This document shows positions 23,501 through 38,500 of a stretch of 64,000 nt of DNA, in pieces. The translations under genes were made by a program, and so were the position numbers. Under the pieces are notes generated by a model. The model was not told the origin of the DNA and searched no databases. It was given only the letters and a program-made list of their open reading frames with translations. Within the stretch, counting starts at the first letter, position 1. Every line of letters starts with the position of its first letter. The stretch comes from Haplodiscus bocki (lineage: Eukaryota). The stretch lies in the NCBI GenBank assembly GCA_965655095.1, contig OZ296654.1:12462001-12526000 (forward strand), in the 5' to 3' direction.

Positions 23501-26500
23501 TGGACAAAAAGTCCTATTCCAAGTTAAAATGAGACTTTGAGCTCGGGTTTGCTGATATAATAACTTTGCATATTAGCGGTGTCTCTTCTAACCTTTGTTA
23601 TGGAATTTGGCAATTAAATTTTCAAGAATTTGTGAAACCAATCTAGTTCTTTTCATTTCTTTGATTACTTTGAGCAATTGATTACAATGACACTGCGTTT
23701 CTAATTTCAATCCCATTCAGAATGTTTGAAAATGGCAATCAATATTTTTGGAAGACGTGAGGTCTCGAGTTTTACCGGAAAAACTCATGCGGACTGGGAG
23801 TGGGCTCAAGCTTTGGCACATTGAACGCCACTCCAAGTCGAAGCAGGTATTCTTACGTGTTGTCCTAGTATATTCTGACAACTCCAGAGCTGAAAATGTA
23901 GAAAATCCAGAAGCAAAACACTGTGCGTTTCCCGGTGACTTCAAATTGAATCCGTGATGTGCTGAAGGAGTCGGAAGACGGCGTGAACTCGACTTCTTTC
24001 GCTCTTAATGTTGGTTTCTCGTTTTTCGGTTCCTAGCCTCTTATTGCAGCAAGAAAGAGTTTTTCGAAAGGAGCTGTGTGCTCGTGCAGTTTTTCAAAAA
24101 CAAAAACCAGGTCAACATTGTTGGCGGCACCTATAAGTGGGAGCTCAACGCGTATTGATTGTTCCGGGACAAAGGAACTGACAGAATTGATTGGTTTTTG
24201 ATGATTGGCTGCGCAGTCTTTGGCTGTTGCTGGCTTGTGATTTTTTTTGAAAAATTACTGGATTAATAGCTTCATGCAATGAGTTATTTGAGAAGCAAAA
24301 GAAATCAGAGCAAGTTGTCAGACTTCTTGCTCTGATTTCTTTTACATCTTCGGTTTTGAAATTTATCGCTACACTATATGATGCAAATGAAGCCCAAATG
24401 TACAATTAAATGAGTTCAGGGAACTCTCATGCAAACAGTCTGTAAGCGTTCCCTCTCAGTTTGACTTGTTGGATGTTAATGTTTTAAGACGGCGCTTCAA
24501 TATAGAGCTCAAAGAGAGCGTCCTCAGGCATAAATTGAACCGGGCTGGTAATATAATGAAGAATCTGCATCAGTGGACAAACTGTGCTTTTCAGAAGAAG
24601 GATGTTCGAACACTTGTCTAAAAATTTGAATCCAGCTCGTACATACTGCTCAACTTTATCCTCGTTCTAACGTAGACTTCTGTTTGAGGAGATCAATATC
24701 AACATGCAACACGTTTTTGAACACGAAAACAAATGATGACGACTACCAAAATTGAACGGAACTTGAGAACGTAGGAGGCCAGGTGAATTGCGATGCAACT
24801 TGTTTGAAACATAGAGTGCAATATGTCAGTTCCCTTCTTCAAGTAGGTTTTTCCCAATTTTGTGAGTTGATGCACTTCGAGTCAGTTTAAGTACACATAA
24901 AGCGTTTGGCATTTTTGTTAGTACGAGTAGAATGAGAAAGATTCAGATTTGGGCCGTCCACTAGGATTTTTTTACATGACCCGGTGTGTTGTCTACCGCT
25001 AGTCTGCAAATAACTCGCTAACTCAAAATTATACAAGACAACTTTATATCACTATTTGATCCTACAGCCTTTCCATTGAGAACCGAATGCAGACTCAACC
25101 GAGAAACGTACCCTTTCTATATTTGTAGTTACTAAAAAGAAGCCCTTACTTGATGGACGTCTTTTTATCGAAATCGAGATACGGCAAGTAGCACAAAACT
25201 ACTCATGAAGATCCTGTGATGAATATTGTGGACAAAAAGTCCTATTCCAAGTTAAAATGCGACTTTGAGCTCGGGTTTGCTGATATAATAAACTTTGCAT
25301 ATTAGCGGTGTCTCTTCTAACCTTTGTTATGGACTTTGGCAATTAAATTTTCAAGAATTTGTGAAACCAATCTAATTCTTTTCATTTCTTTGATTACTTG
25401 GAGCAATTGATTACTATGACACTGCGTTTCTAATTTCAATCCCATTCAGAATGTTTGAAAATGGCAATCAATATTTTTGGAAGACGTGAGGTCTCGAGTT
25501 TTACCGGAAAAACTCATGCGGACTGGAAGTGGGCTCAAGCTTTGGCACATTGAACGCCACTCCAAGTCGAAGCAGGTATTCTTACGTGTTGTCCTAGTAT
25601 ATTCTGACAACTCCAGAGCTGAAGATGTAGAAAATCCAGAAGCAAAACACTCTGCGTTTCCCGGTGACTTCAATTTCAATCCGTGATGTGCTGAAGGAGT
25701 CGGAAGACGGCGTGAACTCGACTTCTTCCGCTCTTCATGTTGGTTTCTCGTTTTTCGGTTCCTAGCCTCTTATTGCAGCAAGAATGTGTTTTTCGAAAGG
25801 AGCTGTGTGCTCGAGCAATTTTTCAAAAACAAAAACCAGGTCAACATTGTTGGCGGCACCTATAAGTGGGAGCTCAATGCGTATTGATTGTTCCAGGACA
25901 AAGGAACAGACAGAATTGATTGGTTTTTGATGATTGGCTGCGCAGTCTTTGGCTGTTGCTGGCTTGTGATTTTTTTTGAAAAATTACTGGATTAATAGCT
26001 TCATGCAATGAGTTATTTGAGAAGCAAAAGAAATCAGAGCAAGTTGTCAGACTTCTTGCTCTGATTTCTTTTACTTCTTCGGAGTTGTCTTCGGTTTTGA
26101 AATTTATCGCTACACTATATGATGCAAATGAAGCCCAAATGTACAATTAAATGAGTTCAGGGAACTCTCATGCAAACAGTCTGTAAGCGTTCCCTCTCAG
26201 TTTGACTTGTTGGATGTTAATGTTTTAAGACGGCGCTTCAATATAGAGCTCAAAGAGAGCGTCCTCAGGCATAAAATAAACCGGGCTGGGAATATAATGA
26301 AGAATCTGCATCAGTGAACCAACTGTGCTTTTCAAAACCAGGATGTTCGAACACTTGTCTAAAAATTTGAATCCAGCTCGTACATACTGCTCAACTTTAT
26401 CCTCGTTCTAACGTAGACTTCTGTTTGAGGAGATCAATATCAACATGCAACACGTTTTTGAACACGAAAACAAATGATGACGACTACCAAAATTGAACGG

Positions 26501-29500
26501 AACTTGAGAACGTAGGAGGCCAGGTGAATTGCGATGCAACTTGTTTGAAACATAGAGTGCAATATGTCAGTTCCCTTCTTCAAGTAGGTTTTTCCCAATT
26601 TTGTGAGTTGATGCAATTCGAGTCAGTTTAAGTACACATAAAGCGTTTGGCATTTTTGTTAGTACGAGTAGAATGAGAAAGATTCAGATTTGGGCCGTCC
26701 ACTAGGATTTTTTTACATGACCCGGTGTGTTGTCTACCGCTAGTCTGCAAATAACTCGCTAACTCAAAATTATACAAGACAACTTTATATCACTATTTGA
26801 TCCTACAGCCTTTCCATTGAGAACCGAATGCAGACTCAACCGAGAAACGTACCCCTTCTATATTTGTAGTTACTTAAACAAAGAAGCGCTTACTTGATGG
26901 ACATTATTTTATCGAAATCGAGATACGGCAAGTAGCACAAAACTACTCATGAAGATCCTGTGATAAATATTGTGGACAAAAAGTCCTATTCCAAGTTAAA
27001 ATGAGACTTTGAGCTCGGGTTTGCTGATATAATAACTTTGCATATTAGCGGTGTCTCTTCTAACCTTTGTTATGGAATTTGGCAATTAAATTTTCAAGAA
27101 TTTGTGAAACCAATCTAGTTCTTTTCATTTCTTTGATTACTTTGAGCAATTGATTACAATGACACTGCGTTTCTAATTTCAATCCCATTCAGAATGTTTG
27201 AAAATGGCAATCAATATTTTTGGAAGACGTGAGGTCTCGAGTTTTACCGGAAAAACTCATGCGGACTGGGAGTGGGCTCAAGCTTTGGCACATTGAACGC
27301 CACTCCAAGTCGAAGCAGGTATTCTTACGTGTTGTCCTAGTATATTCTGACAACTCCAGAGCTGAAAATGTAGAAAATCCAGAAGCAAAACACTGTGCGT
27401 TTCCCGGTGACTTCAAATTGAATCCGTGATGTGCTGAAGGAGTCGGAAGACGGCGTGAACTCGACTTCTTTCGCTCTTAATGTTGGTTTCTCGTTTTTCG
27501 GTTCCTAGCCTCTTATTGCAGCAAGAAAGAGTTTTTCGAAAGGAGCTGTGTGCTCGTGCAGTTTTTCAAAAACAAAAACCAGGTCAACATTGTTGGCGGC
27601 ACCTATAAGTGGGAGCTCAACGCGTATTGATTGTTCCGGGACAAAGGAACTGACAGAATTGATTGGTTTTTGATGATTGGCTGCGCAGTCTTTGGCTGTT
27701 GCTGGCTTGTGATTTTTTTTGAAAAATTACTGGATTAATAGCTTCATGCAATGAGTTATTTGAGAAGCAAAAGAAATCAGAGCAAGTTGTCAGACTTCTT
27801 GCTCTGATTTCTTTTACATCTTCGGTTTTGAAATTTATCGCTACACTATATGATGCAAATGAAGCCCAAATGTACAATTAAATGAGTTCAGGGAACTCTC
27901 ATGCAAACAGTCTGTAAGCGTTCCCTCTCAGTTTGACTTGTTGGATGTTAATGTTTTAAGACGGCGCTTCAATATAGAGCTCAAAGAGAGCGTCCTCAGG
28001 CATAAATTGAACCGGGCTGGTAATATAATGAAGAATCTGCATCAGTGGACAAACTGTGCTTTTCAGAAGAAGGATGTTCGAACACTTGTCTAAAAATTTG
28101 AATCCAGCTCGTACATACTGCTCAACTTTATCCTCGTTCTAACGTAGACTTCTGTTTGAGGAGATCAATATCAACATGCAACACGTTTTTGAACACGAAA
28201 ACAAATGATGACGACTACCAAAATTGAACGGAACTTGAGAACGTAGGAGGCCAGGTGAATTGCGATGCAACTTGTTTGAAACATAGAGTGCAATATGTCA
28301 GTTCCCTTCTTCAAGTAGGTTTTTCCCAATTTTGTGAGTTGATGCACTTCGAGTCAGTTTAAGTACACATAAAGCGTTTGGCATTTTTGTTAGTACGAGT
28401 AGAATGAGAAAGATTCAGATTTGGGCCGTCCACTAGGATTTTTTTACATGACCCGGTGTGTTGTCTACCGCTAGTCTGCAAATAACTCGCTAACTCAAAA
28501 TTATACAAGACAACTTTATATCACTATTTGATCCTACAGCCTTTCCATTGAGAACCGAATGCAGACTCAACCGAGAAACGTACCCCTTCTATATTTGTAG
28601 TTACTTAAACAAAGAAGCGCTTACCTGATGGACATTGTTTTATCGAAATCGAGATACGGCAAGTAGCACAAAACTACTCATGAAGATCCTGTGATGAATA
28701 TTGTGGACAAAAAGTCCTATTCCAAGTTAAAATGCGACTTTGAGCTCGGGTTTGCTGATATAATAAACTTTGCATATTAGCGGTGTCTCTTCTAACCTTT
28801 GTTATGGACTTTGGCAATTAAATTTTCAAGAATTTGTGAAACCAATCTAATTCTTTTCATTTCTTTGATTACTTGGAGCAATTGATTACTATGACACTGC
28901 GTTTCTAATTTCAATCCCATTCAGAATGTTTGAAAATGGCAATCAATATTTTTGGAAGACGTGAGGTCTCGAGTTTTACCGGAAAAACTCATGCGGACTG
29001 GAAGTGGGCTCAAGCTTTGGCACATTGAACGCCACTCCAAGTCGAAGCAGGTATTCTTACGTGTTGTCCTAGTATATTCTGACAACTCCAGAGCTGAAAA
29101 TGTAGAAAATCCAGAATTAAAACACTGTGCGTTTCCCGGTGACTTCAAATTGAATCCGTGATGTGCTGAAGGAGTCGGAAGACGGCGTGAACTCGACTTC
29201 TTTCGCTCTTCATGTTGGTTTCTTGTTTTTCGGTTCCTAGCCTCTTATTGCAGCAAGAAAGAGTTTTTCGAAAGGAGCTGTGTGCTCGAGCAGTTTTTCA
29301 AAAACAAAAACCAGGTCAACATTGTTGGCGGCACCTATAAGTGGGAGCTCAACGCGTATTGATTGTTCCGGGACAAAGGAACTGACAGAATTGATTGGTT
29401 TTTGATGATTGGCTGCGCAGTCTTTGGCTGTTGCTGGCTTGTGATTTATTTTGAAAAATTACTGGATTATTAGCTTCATGCAATGAGTTATATGAGAAGC

Positions 29501-32500
29501 AAAAGAAATCAGAGCAAGTTGTCAGACTTCTTGCTCTGATTTCTTTTACATCTTCGGTTTTGAAATTTATCGCTACACTATATGATGCAAATGAAGCCCA
29601 AATGTACAATTAAATGAGTTCAGGGAACTCTCATGCAAACAGTCTGTAAGCGTTCCCTCTCAGTTTGACTTGTTGGATGTTAATGTTTTAAGACGGCGCT
29701 TCAATATAGAGCTCAAAGAGAGCGTCCTCAGGCATAAATTGAACCGGGCTGGTAATATAATGAAGAATCTGCATCAGTGGACAAACTGTGCTTTTCAGAA
29801 GAAGGATGTTCGAACACTTGTCTAAAAATTTGAATCCAGCTCGTACATACTGCTCAACTTTATCCTCGTTCTAACGTAGACTTCTGTTTGAGGAGATCAA
29901 TATCAACATGCAACACGTTTTTGAACACGAAAACAAATGATGACGACTACCAAAATTGAACGGAACTTGAGAATGTAGGAGGACAGGTGAATTGCGATGC
30001 AACTTGTTTGAAACATAGAGTGCAATATGTCAGTTCCTTTCTTCAAGTAGGTTTTTCCCAATTTTGTGAGTTGATGCAATTCGAGTCAGTTTAAGTACAC
30101 ATAAAGCGTTTGGCATTCTTGTCAGTACGAGTTGAATGAGAAAGATTCAGATTTGGGCCGTCCACTAGGATTTTTTTACATGACCCGGTGTGTTGTCTAC
30201 CGCTAGTCTGCAAATAACTCGCTAACTCAAAATTATACAAGACAACTTTATATCACTATTTGATCCTACAGCCTTTCCATTGAGAACCGAATGCAGACTC
30301 AACCGAGAAACGTACCCCTTCTATATTTGTAGTCGCTTAAACAAAGAAGCGCTTACTTGATGGACATTGTTTTATCGAAATCGAGATACGGCAAGTAGCA
30401 CAAAACTACTCATGAAGATCCTGTGATAAATATTGTGGACAAAAAGTCCTATTCCAAGTTAAAATGAGACTTTGAGCTCGGGTTTGCTGATATAATAACT
30501 TTGCATATTAGCGGTGTCTCTTCTAACCTTTGTTATGGAATTTGGCAATTAAATTTTCAAGAATTTGTGAAACCAATCTAGTTCTTTTCATTTCTTTGAT
30601 TACTTTGAGCAATTGATTACAATGACACTGCGTTTCTAATTTCAATCCCATTCAGAATGTTTGAAAATGGCAATCAATATTTTTGGAAGACGTGAGGTCT
30701 CGAGTTTTACCGGAAAAACTCATGCGGACTGGGAGTGGGCTCAAGCTTTGGCACATTGAACGCCACTCCAAGTCGAAGCAGGTATTCTTACGTGTTGTCC
30801 TAGTATATTCTGACAACTCCAGAGCTGAAAATGTAGAAAATCCAGAAGCAAAACACTGTGCGTTTCCCGGTGACTTCAAATTGAATCCGTGATGTGCTGA
30901 AGGAGTCGGAAGACGGCGTGAACTCGACTTCTTTCGCTCTTAATGTTGGTTTCTCGTTTTTCGGTTCCTAGCCTCTTATTGCAGCAAGAAAGAGTTTTTC
31001 GAAAGGAGCTGTGTGCTCGTGCAGTTTTTCAAAAACAAAAACCAGGTCAACATTGTTGGCGGCACCTATAAGTGGGAGCTCAACGCGTATTGATTGTTCC
31101 GGGACAAAGGAACTGACAGAATTGATTGGTTTTTGATGATTGGCTGCGCAGTCTTTGGCTGTTGCTGGCTTGTGATTTTTTTTGAAAAATTACTGGATTA
31201 ATAGCTTCATGCAATGAGTTATATGAGAAGCAAAAGAAATCAGAGCAAGTTGTCAGACTTCTTGCTCTGATTTTTTTTACTTCTTCGGAGTTGTCTTCGG
31301 TTCTGAAATTTATCGCTACACTATATGATGCAAATGAAGCCCAAATGTACAATTAAATGAGTTCAACTAACTCTCATGCAAACAGTCTGTAAGCGTTTCC
31401 TCTCAGTTTGACTTGTTGGATGTTAATGTTTTAAGACGGCGCTTCAATATAGAGCTCAAAGAGAGCGTCCTCAGGCATAAATTGAACCGGGCTGGTAATA
31501 TAATGAAGAATCTGCATCAGTGGACAAACTGTGCTTTTCAGAAGAAGGATGTTCGAACACTTGTCTAAAAATTTGAATCCAGCTCGTACATACTGCTCAA
31601 CTTTATCCTCGTTCTAACGTAGACTTCTGTTTGAGGAGATCAATATCAACATGCAACACGTTTTTGAACACGAAAATAAATGATGACGACTACCAAAATT
31701 GAACGGAACTTGAGAATGTAGGAGGCCAGGTGAATTGCGATGCAACTTGTTTGAAACATAGAGTGCAATATGTCAGTTCCTTTCTTCAAGTAGGTTTTTC
31801 CCAATTTTGTGAGTTGATGCAATTCGAGTCAGTTTAAGTACACATAAAGCGTTTGGCATTTTTGTCAGTACGAGTTGAATGAGAAAGATTCAGATTTGGG
31901 CCGTCCACTAGGATTTTTTTACATGACCCGGTGTGTTGTCTACCGCTAGTCTGCAAATAACTCGCTAACTCAAAATTATACAAGACAACTTTATATCACT
32001 ATTTGATCCTACAGCCTTTCCATTGAGAACCGAATGCAGACTCAACCGAGAAACGTACCCCTTCTACATTTTATCGAAATCGAGATACGGCAAGTAGCAC
32101 AAAACTTTTCATGAAGATCCTGTGATGAATATTGTGGACAAAAAGTCCTATTCCAAGTTAAAATGCGACTTTGAGCTCGGGTTTGCTGATATAATAAACT
32201 TTGCATATTAGCGGTGTCTCTTCTAACCTTTGTTATGGACTTTGGCAATTAAATTTTCAAGAATTTGTGAAACCAATCTAATTCTTTTCATTTCTTTGAT
32301 TACTTGGAGCAATTGATTACTATGACACTGCGTTTCTAATTTCAATCCCATTCAGAATGTTTGAAAATGGCAATCAATAATTTTGGAAGACGTGAGGTCT
32401 CGAGTTTTACCGGAAAAACATGCGGACTGGAAGTGGGCTCAAGCTTTGGCACATTGAACGCCACTCCAAGTCGAAGCAGGTATTCTTACGTGTTGTCCTA

Positions 32501-35500
32501 GTATATTCTGACAACTCCAGAGCTGAAGATGTAGAAAATCCAGAAGCAAAACACTCTGCGTTTCCCGGTGACTTCAATTTCAATCCGTGATGTGTTGAAG
32601 GAGTCGGAAGACGGCGTGAACTCGACTTCTTCCGCTCTTCATGTTGGTTTCTCGTTTTTCGGTTCCTAGCCTCTTATTGCAGCAAGAATGTGTTTTTCGA
32701 AAGGAGCTGTGTGCTCGAGCAATTTTTCAAAAACAAAAACCAGGTCAACATTGTTGGCGGCACCTATAAGTGGGAGCTCAATGCGTATTGATTGTTCCAG
32801 GACAAAGGAACAGACAGAATTGATTGGTTTTTGATGATTGGCTGCGCAGTCTTTGGCTGTTGCTGGCTTGTGATTTTTTTTTGAAAAATTACTGGATTAA
32901 TAGCTTCATGCAATGAGTTATATGAGAAGCAAAAGAAATCAGAGCAAGTTGTCAGACTTCTTGCTCTGATTTCTTTTACTTCTTCGGAGTTGTCTTCGGT
33001 TTTGAAATTTATCGCTACACTATATGATGCAAATGAAGCCCAAATGTACAATTAAATGAGTTCAAGTAACTCTCATGCAAACAGTCTGTAAGCGTTTCCT
33101 CTCAGTTTGACTTGTTGGATGTTAATGTTTTAAGACGGCGCTTCAATATAGAGCTCAAAGAGAGCGTCCTCAGGCATAAATTGAACCGGGCTGGTAATAT
33201 AATGAAGAATCTGCATCAGTGGACAAACTGTGCTTTTCAGAAGAAGGATGTTCGAACACTTGTCTAAAAATTTGAATCCAGCTCGTACATACTGCTCAAC
33301 TTTATCCTCGTTCTAACGTAGACTTCTGTTTGAGGAGATCAATATCAACATGCAACACGTTTTTGAACACAAAAACAAATGATGACGACTACCAAAATTG
33401 AACGGAACTTGAGAACGTAGGAGGCCAGGTGAATTGCGATGCAACTTGTTTGAAACATAGAGTGCAATATGTCAGTTCCCTTCTTCAAGTAGGTTTTTCC
33501 CAATTTTGTGAGTTGATGCAATTCGAGTCAGTTTAAGTACACATAAAGCGTTTGGCATTTTTGTTAGTACGAGTAGAATGAGAAAGATTCAGATTTGGGC
33601 CGTCCACTAGGATTTTTTTACATGACCCGGTGTGTTGTCTACCGCTAGTCTGCAAATAACTCGCTAACTCAAAATTATACAAGACAACTTTATATCACTA
33701 TTTGATCCTACAGCCTTTCCATTGAGAACCGAATGCAGACTCAACCGAGAAACGTACCCTTTCTATATTTGTAGTTACTAAAAAGAAGCCCTTACTTGAT
33801 GGACGTCTTTTTGTCGAAATCGAGATATGGCAAGTAGCACAAAACTACTCATGAAGATCCTGTGATAAATATTGTGGACAAAAAGTCCTATTCCAAGTTA
33901 AAATGCGACTTTGAGCTCGGGTTTGCTGATATAATAAACTTTGCATATTAGCGGTGTCTCTTCTAACCTTTGTTATGGAATTTGGCAATTAAATTTTCAA
34001 GAATTTGTGAAACCAATCTAATTCTTTTCATTTTTTTGATTACTTTGAGCAATTGATTACTATGACACTGCGTTTCTAATTTCAATCCCATTCAGAATGT
34101 TTGAAAATGGCAATCAATATTTTTGGAAGACGTGAGGTCTCGAGTTTTACCGGAAAAACTCATGCGGACTGGAAGTGGGCTCAGGCTTTGGCACATTGAA
34201 CGCCACTCCAAGTCGAAGCAGGTATTCTTACGTGTCGTCCTAGTATATTCTGACACCTCCAAAGCTGAAAATGTAGAAAGTCCAGAAGCAAAGCACTCTG
34301 CGTTTCCCGGTGACTTAAATTGAATCCGTGATGTGCTGAAGGAGTCGGAAGACGGCGTGAACTCGACTTCTTTCGCTCTTCATGTTGGTTTCTTGTTTTT
34401 CGGTTCCTAGCCTCTTATTGCAGCAAGAAAGAGTTTTTCGAAAGGAGCTGTGTGCTCGAGCAATTTTTCAAAAACAAAAACCAGGTCAACATTGTTGGCG
34501 GCACCTATAAGTGGGAGCTCAACGCGTATTGATTGTTCCGGGACAAAGGAACTGACAGAATTGATTGGTTTTTGATGATTGGCTGCGCAGTCTTTGGCTG
34601 TTGCTGGCTTGTGATTTATTTTGAAAAATTACTGGATTAATAGCTTCATGCAATGAGTTATATGAGAAGCAAAAGAAATCAGAGCAAGTTGTCAGACTTC
34701 TTGCTCTGATTTCTTTTACTTCTTCGGAGTTGTCTTCGGTTTTGAAATTTATCGCTACAGTATATGATAGAAATGAAGCCCAAATGTACAATTAAATCAG
34801 TTCAAGTAACTCTCATGCAAACAATCTGTAAGCGTTTCCTCTCAGTTTGATTTGTTGGATGTTAATGTTTCAAGACGGCGCTTCAATATAGAGCTCAAAG
34901 AGAGCGTGCTCAGGCATAAAATAAACCGGGCTGGGAATATAATGAAGAATCTGCATCAGTGAACAAACTGTGCTTTTCAAAAGCAGGATGTTCGAACACT
35001 TGTCTAAAATTTTGAATCCAGCTCGTACATACTGATCAACTTTATCCTCGTTCTAACGTAGACTTCTCTTTGAGGAAATCAATATCAACATGCAACAAGT
35101 TTTTGATCACGAAAACAATTGATGAAGACTACCAAAGTTAAACGGAACTTGAGAACGTAGGAGGGCAGGTGAATTGCGAGGCAACTTGTTTGAAACATAG
35201 AGTGCAATATGTCAGTTCCTTTCTTCAAGTAGGTTTTTCCCAATTTTGTGAGTTGATGCAATTCGAGTCAGTTTAAGTACACATAAAGCGTTTGGCATTT
35301 TTGTTAGTACGAGTTGAATCAGAAAGATTCAGATTTGGGCCGTCCACTAGGATTTTTTTACATGACCCGGTGTGTTGTCTACCGGTAGTCTGCAAATAAC
35401 TCGCTAACTCAAAATTATACCAGACAACTTTATATCACTATTTGATCCTACAGCCTTTCCATTGAGAACCGAATGCAGACTCAACCGAGAAACGTACCCT

Positions 35501-38500
35501 TTCTATATTTGTAGTTACTAAAAAGAAGCCTTTACTTGATGGACGTCTTTTTGTCGAAATCGAGATATGGCAAGTAGCACAAAACTACTCATGAAGATCC
35601 TGTGATAAATATTGTGGACAAAAAGTCCTATTCCAAGTTAAAATGCGACTTTGAGCTCGGGTTTGCTGATATAATAAACTTTGCATATTAGCGGTGTCTC
35701 TTCTAACCTTTGTTATGGAATTTGGCAATTAAATTTGTGAAACCAATCTAATTCTTTTCATTTCTTTGATTACTTTGAGCAATTGATTACTATGACACTG
35801 CGTTTCTAATTTCAATCCCATTCAGAATGTTTGAAAATGGCAATCAATATTTTTGAAAGACGTGAGGTCTCGAGTTTTACCGGAAAAACTCATGCGGACT
35901 GGAAGTGGGCTCAGGCTTTGGCACATTGAACGCCACTCCAAGTCGAAGCAGGTATTCTTACGTGTCGTCCTAGTATATTCTGACACCTCCAAAGCTGAAA
36001 ATGTAGAAAGTCCAGAAGCAAAGCACTCTGCGTTTCCCGGTGACTTAAATTGAATCCGTGATGTGCTGAAGGAGTCGGAAGACGGCGTGAACTCGACTTC
36101 TTTCGCTCTTCATGTTGGTTTCTTGTTTTTCGGTTCCTAGCCTCTTATTGCAGCAAGAAAGAGTTTTTCGAAAGGAGCTGTGTGCTCGAGCAATTTTTCA
36201 AAAACAAAAACCAGGTCAACATTGTTGGCGGCACCTATAAGTGGGAGCTCAACGCGTATTGATTGTTCCGGGACAAAGGAACTGACAGAATTGATTGGTT
36301 TTTGATGATTGGCTGCGCAGTCTTTGGCTGTTGCTGGCTTGTGATTTATTTTGAAAAATTACTGGATTAATAGCTTCATGCAATGAGTTATATGAGAAGC
36401 AAAAGAAATCAGAGCAAGTTGTCAGACTTCTTGCTCTGATTTCTTTTACTTCTTCGGAGTTGTCTTCGGTTTTGAAATTTATCGCTACACTATATGATGC
36501 AAATGAAGCCCAAATGTACAATTAAATTAGTTCAAGTAACTCTCATGCAAACAGTCTGTAAGCGTTTCCTCTCAGTTTGACTTGTTGGATGTTAATGTTT
36601 CAAGACGGCGCTTCAATAGAGAGCTCAAAGAGAGCGTGCTCAGGCATAAAATAAACCGGGCTGGGAATATAATGAAGAATCTGCATCAGTGAACCAACTG
36701 TGCTTTTCAAAACCAGGATGTTCGAACACTTGTCTAAAATTTTGAATCCAGCTCGTACATACTGATCAACTTTATCCTCGTTCTAACGTAGACTTCTGTT
36801 TGAGGAAATCAATATCAACATGCAACAAGTTTTTGATCACGAAAACAAATGATGAAGACTACCAAAGTTAAACGGAACTTGAGAACGTAGGAGGGCAGGT
36901 GAATTGCGACGCAACTTGTTTGAAACATAGAGTGCAATATGTCAGTTCCTTTCTTCCAGTAGGTTTTTCCCAATTTTGTGAGTTGATGCAATTCGCGTCA
37001 GTTTACGTACACATAAAGCGTTTGGCATTTTTGTTAGTACGAGTTGAATGAGAAAGATTCAGATTTGGGCCGTCCACTAGGATTTTTCTACATGACCCGG
37101 TGTGTTGTCTACCGCTAGTCTGCAAATAACTCGCTAACTCAAAATTATACAAGACAACTTTATATCACTATTTGATCCTACAGCCTTTCCATTGAGAACC
37201 GAATGCAGACTCAACCGAGAAACGTACCCCTTCTATATTTGTAGTTACTTAAACAAAGAAGCGCTTACTTGATGGACAATATTTTGTCGAAATCGAGATA
37301 CGGCAAGTAGCACAAAACTACTCATGAAGATCCTGTGATAAATATTGTGGACAAAAAGTCTTATCCCAAGTTAAAATGCGACTTTGAGCTCGAGTTTGCT
37401 GATATAATAAACTTTGCATATTAGCGGTGTCTCTTCTAACCTTTGTTATGGAATTTGGCAAATAAATTTTTCAGGAATTTGTAAATTCAATCTTTGACTT
37501 TTCATTTCTTTGATTACTTTGAGCAATTGATTACTATGACACTGCCTTTCTAATTTCAATCCCCTTCAGAATGTTCGAAAATGGCAATCAATGTTTTTGG
37601 AAAACGTGAGGTCTCGAGTTTTACCGGAAAAACTCATGCGGACTGGAAGTGGGCTCAAGCTTTGGCACTTTGAACGCCACTCCAATTCGAAGCAGGTATT
37701 CTTACGTGTTGTCCTAGTATATTCTGACACCTCCAAAGCTGAAAATGTAGAAAGTCCAGAAGCAAAACACTCTGCGTTTCCCGGTGACTTCAAATTCAAT
37801 CCGTGATGTGCTGAAGGAGTCGGAAGACGGCGTGAACTCGACTTCTTCCGCTCTTCATGTTGGTTTCTCGTTTTTCGGTTCCTAGCCTCTTATTGCAGCA
37901 AGAAAGAGTGTTTTTCGAAAGGAGCTGTGTGTTCGAGCAGTTTTTCAAAAGCAAAAACCGGGTCAACATTGTTGGCGGCACCTATAAGTGGGAGCTCAAC
38001 GCGTATTGATTGTTCCAGGAAAAAGGAACTGACAGAATTGATTGGTTTTTGATGATTGGCTGCGCAGTCTTTGGCTGTAGCTGGCTTGTGATTTATTTTG
38101 AACAATTACGGGATTAATAGCTTCATGCAATGAGGTATATGAGAAGTAAAAGAAATCAGAGCAAGTTGTCAGACTTCCTGCTCTGATTTCTTTTACTTCT
38201 TCGGAGTTGTCTTCGGTTTTGAATTTTATCGCTACAGTATATGATAGAAATGAAGCCCAAATGTACAATTAAATCAGTTCAAGTAACTCTCATGAAAACA
38301 ATCTGTAAGCGTTTCCTCTCAGTTTGATTTGTTGGATGTTAATGTTTCAAGACGGCGCTTCAATATAGAGCTCAAAGAGAGCGTGCTCAGGCATAAAATA
38401 AACCGGGCTGGGAATATAATGAAGAATCTGCATCAGTGGACAAACTGTGCTTTTCAGAAGAAGGATGTTCGAACACTTGTCTGAAAATTTGAATCCAGCT

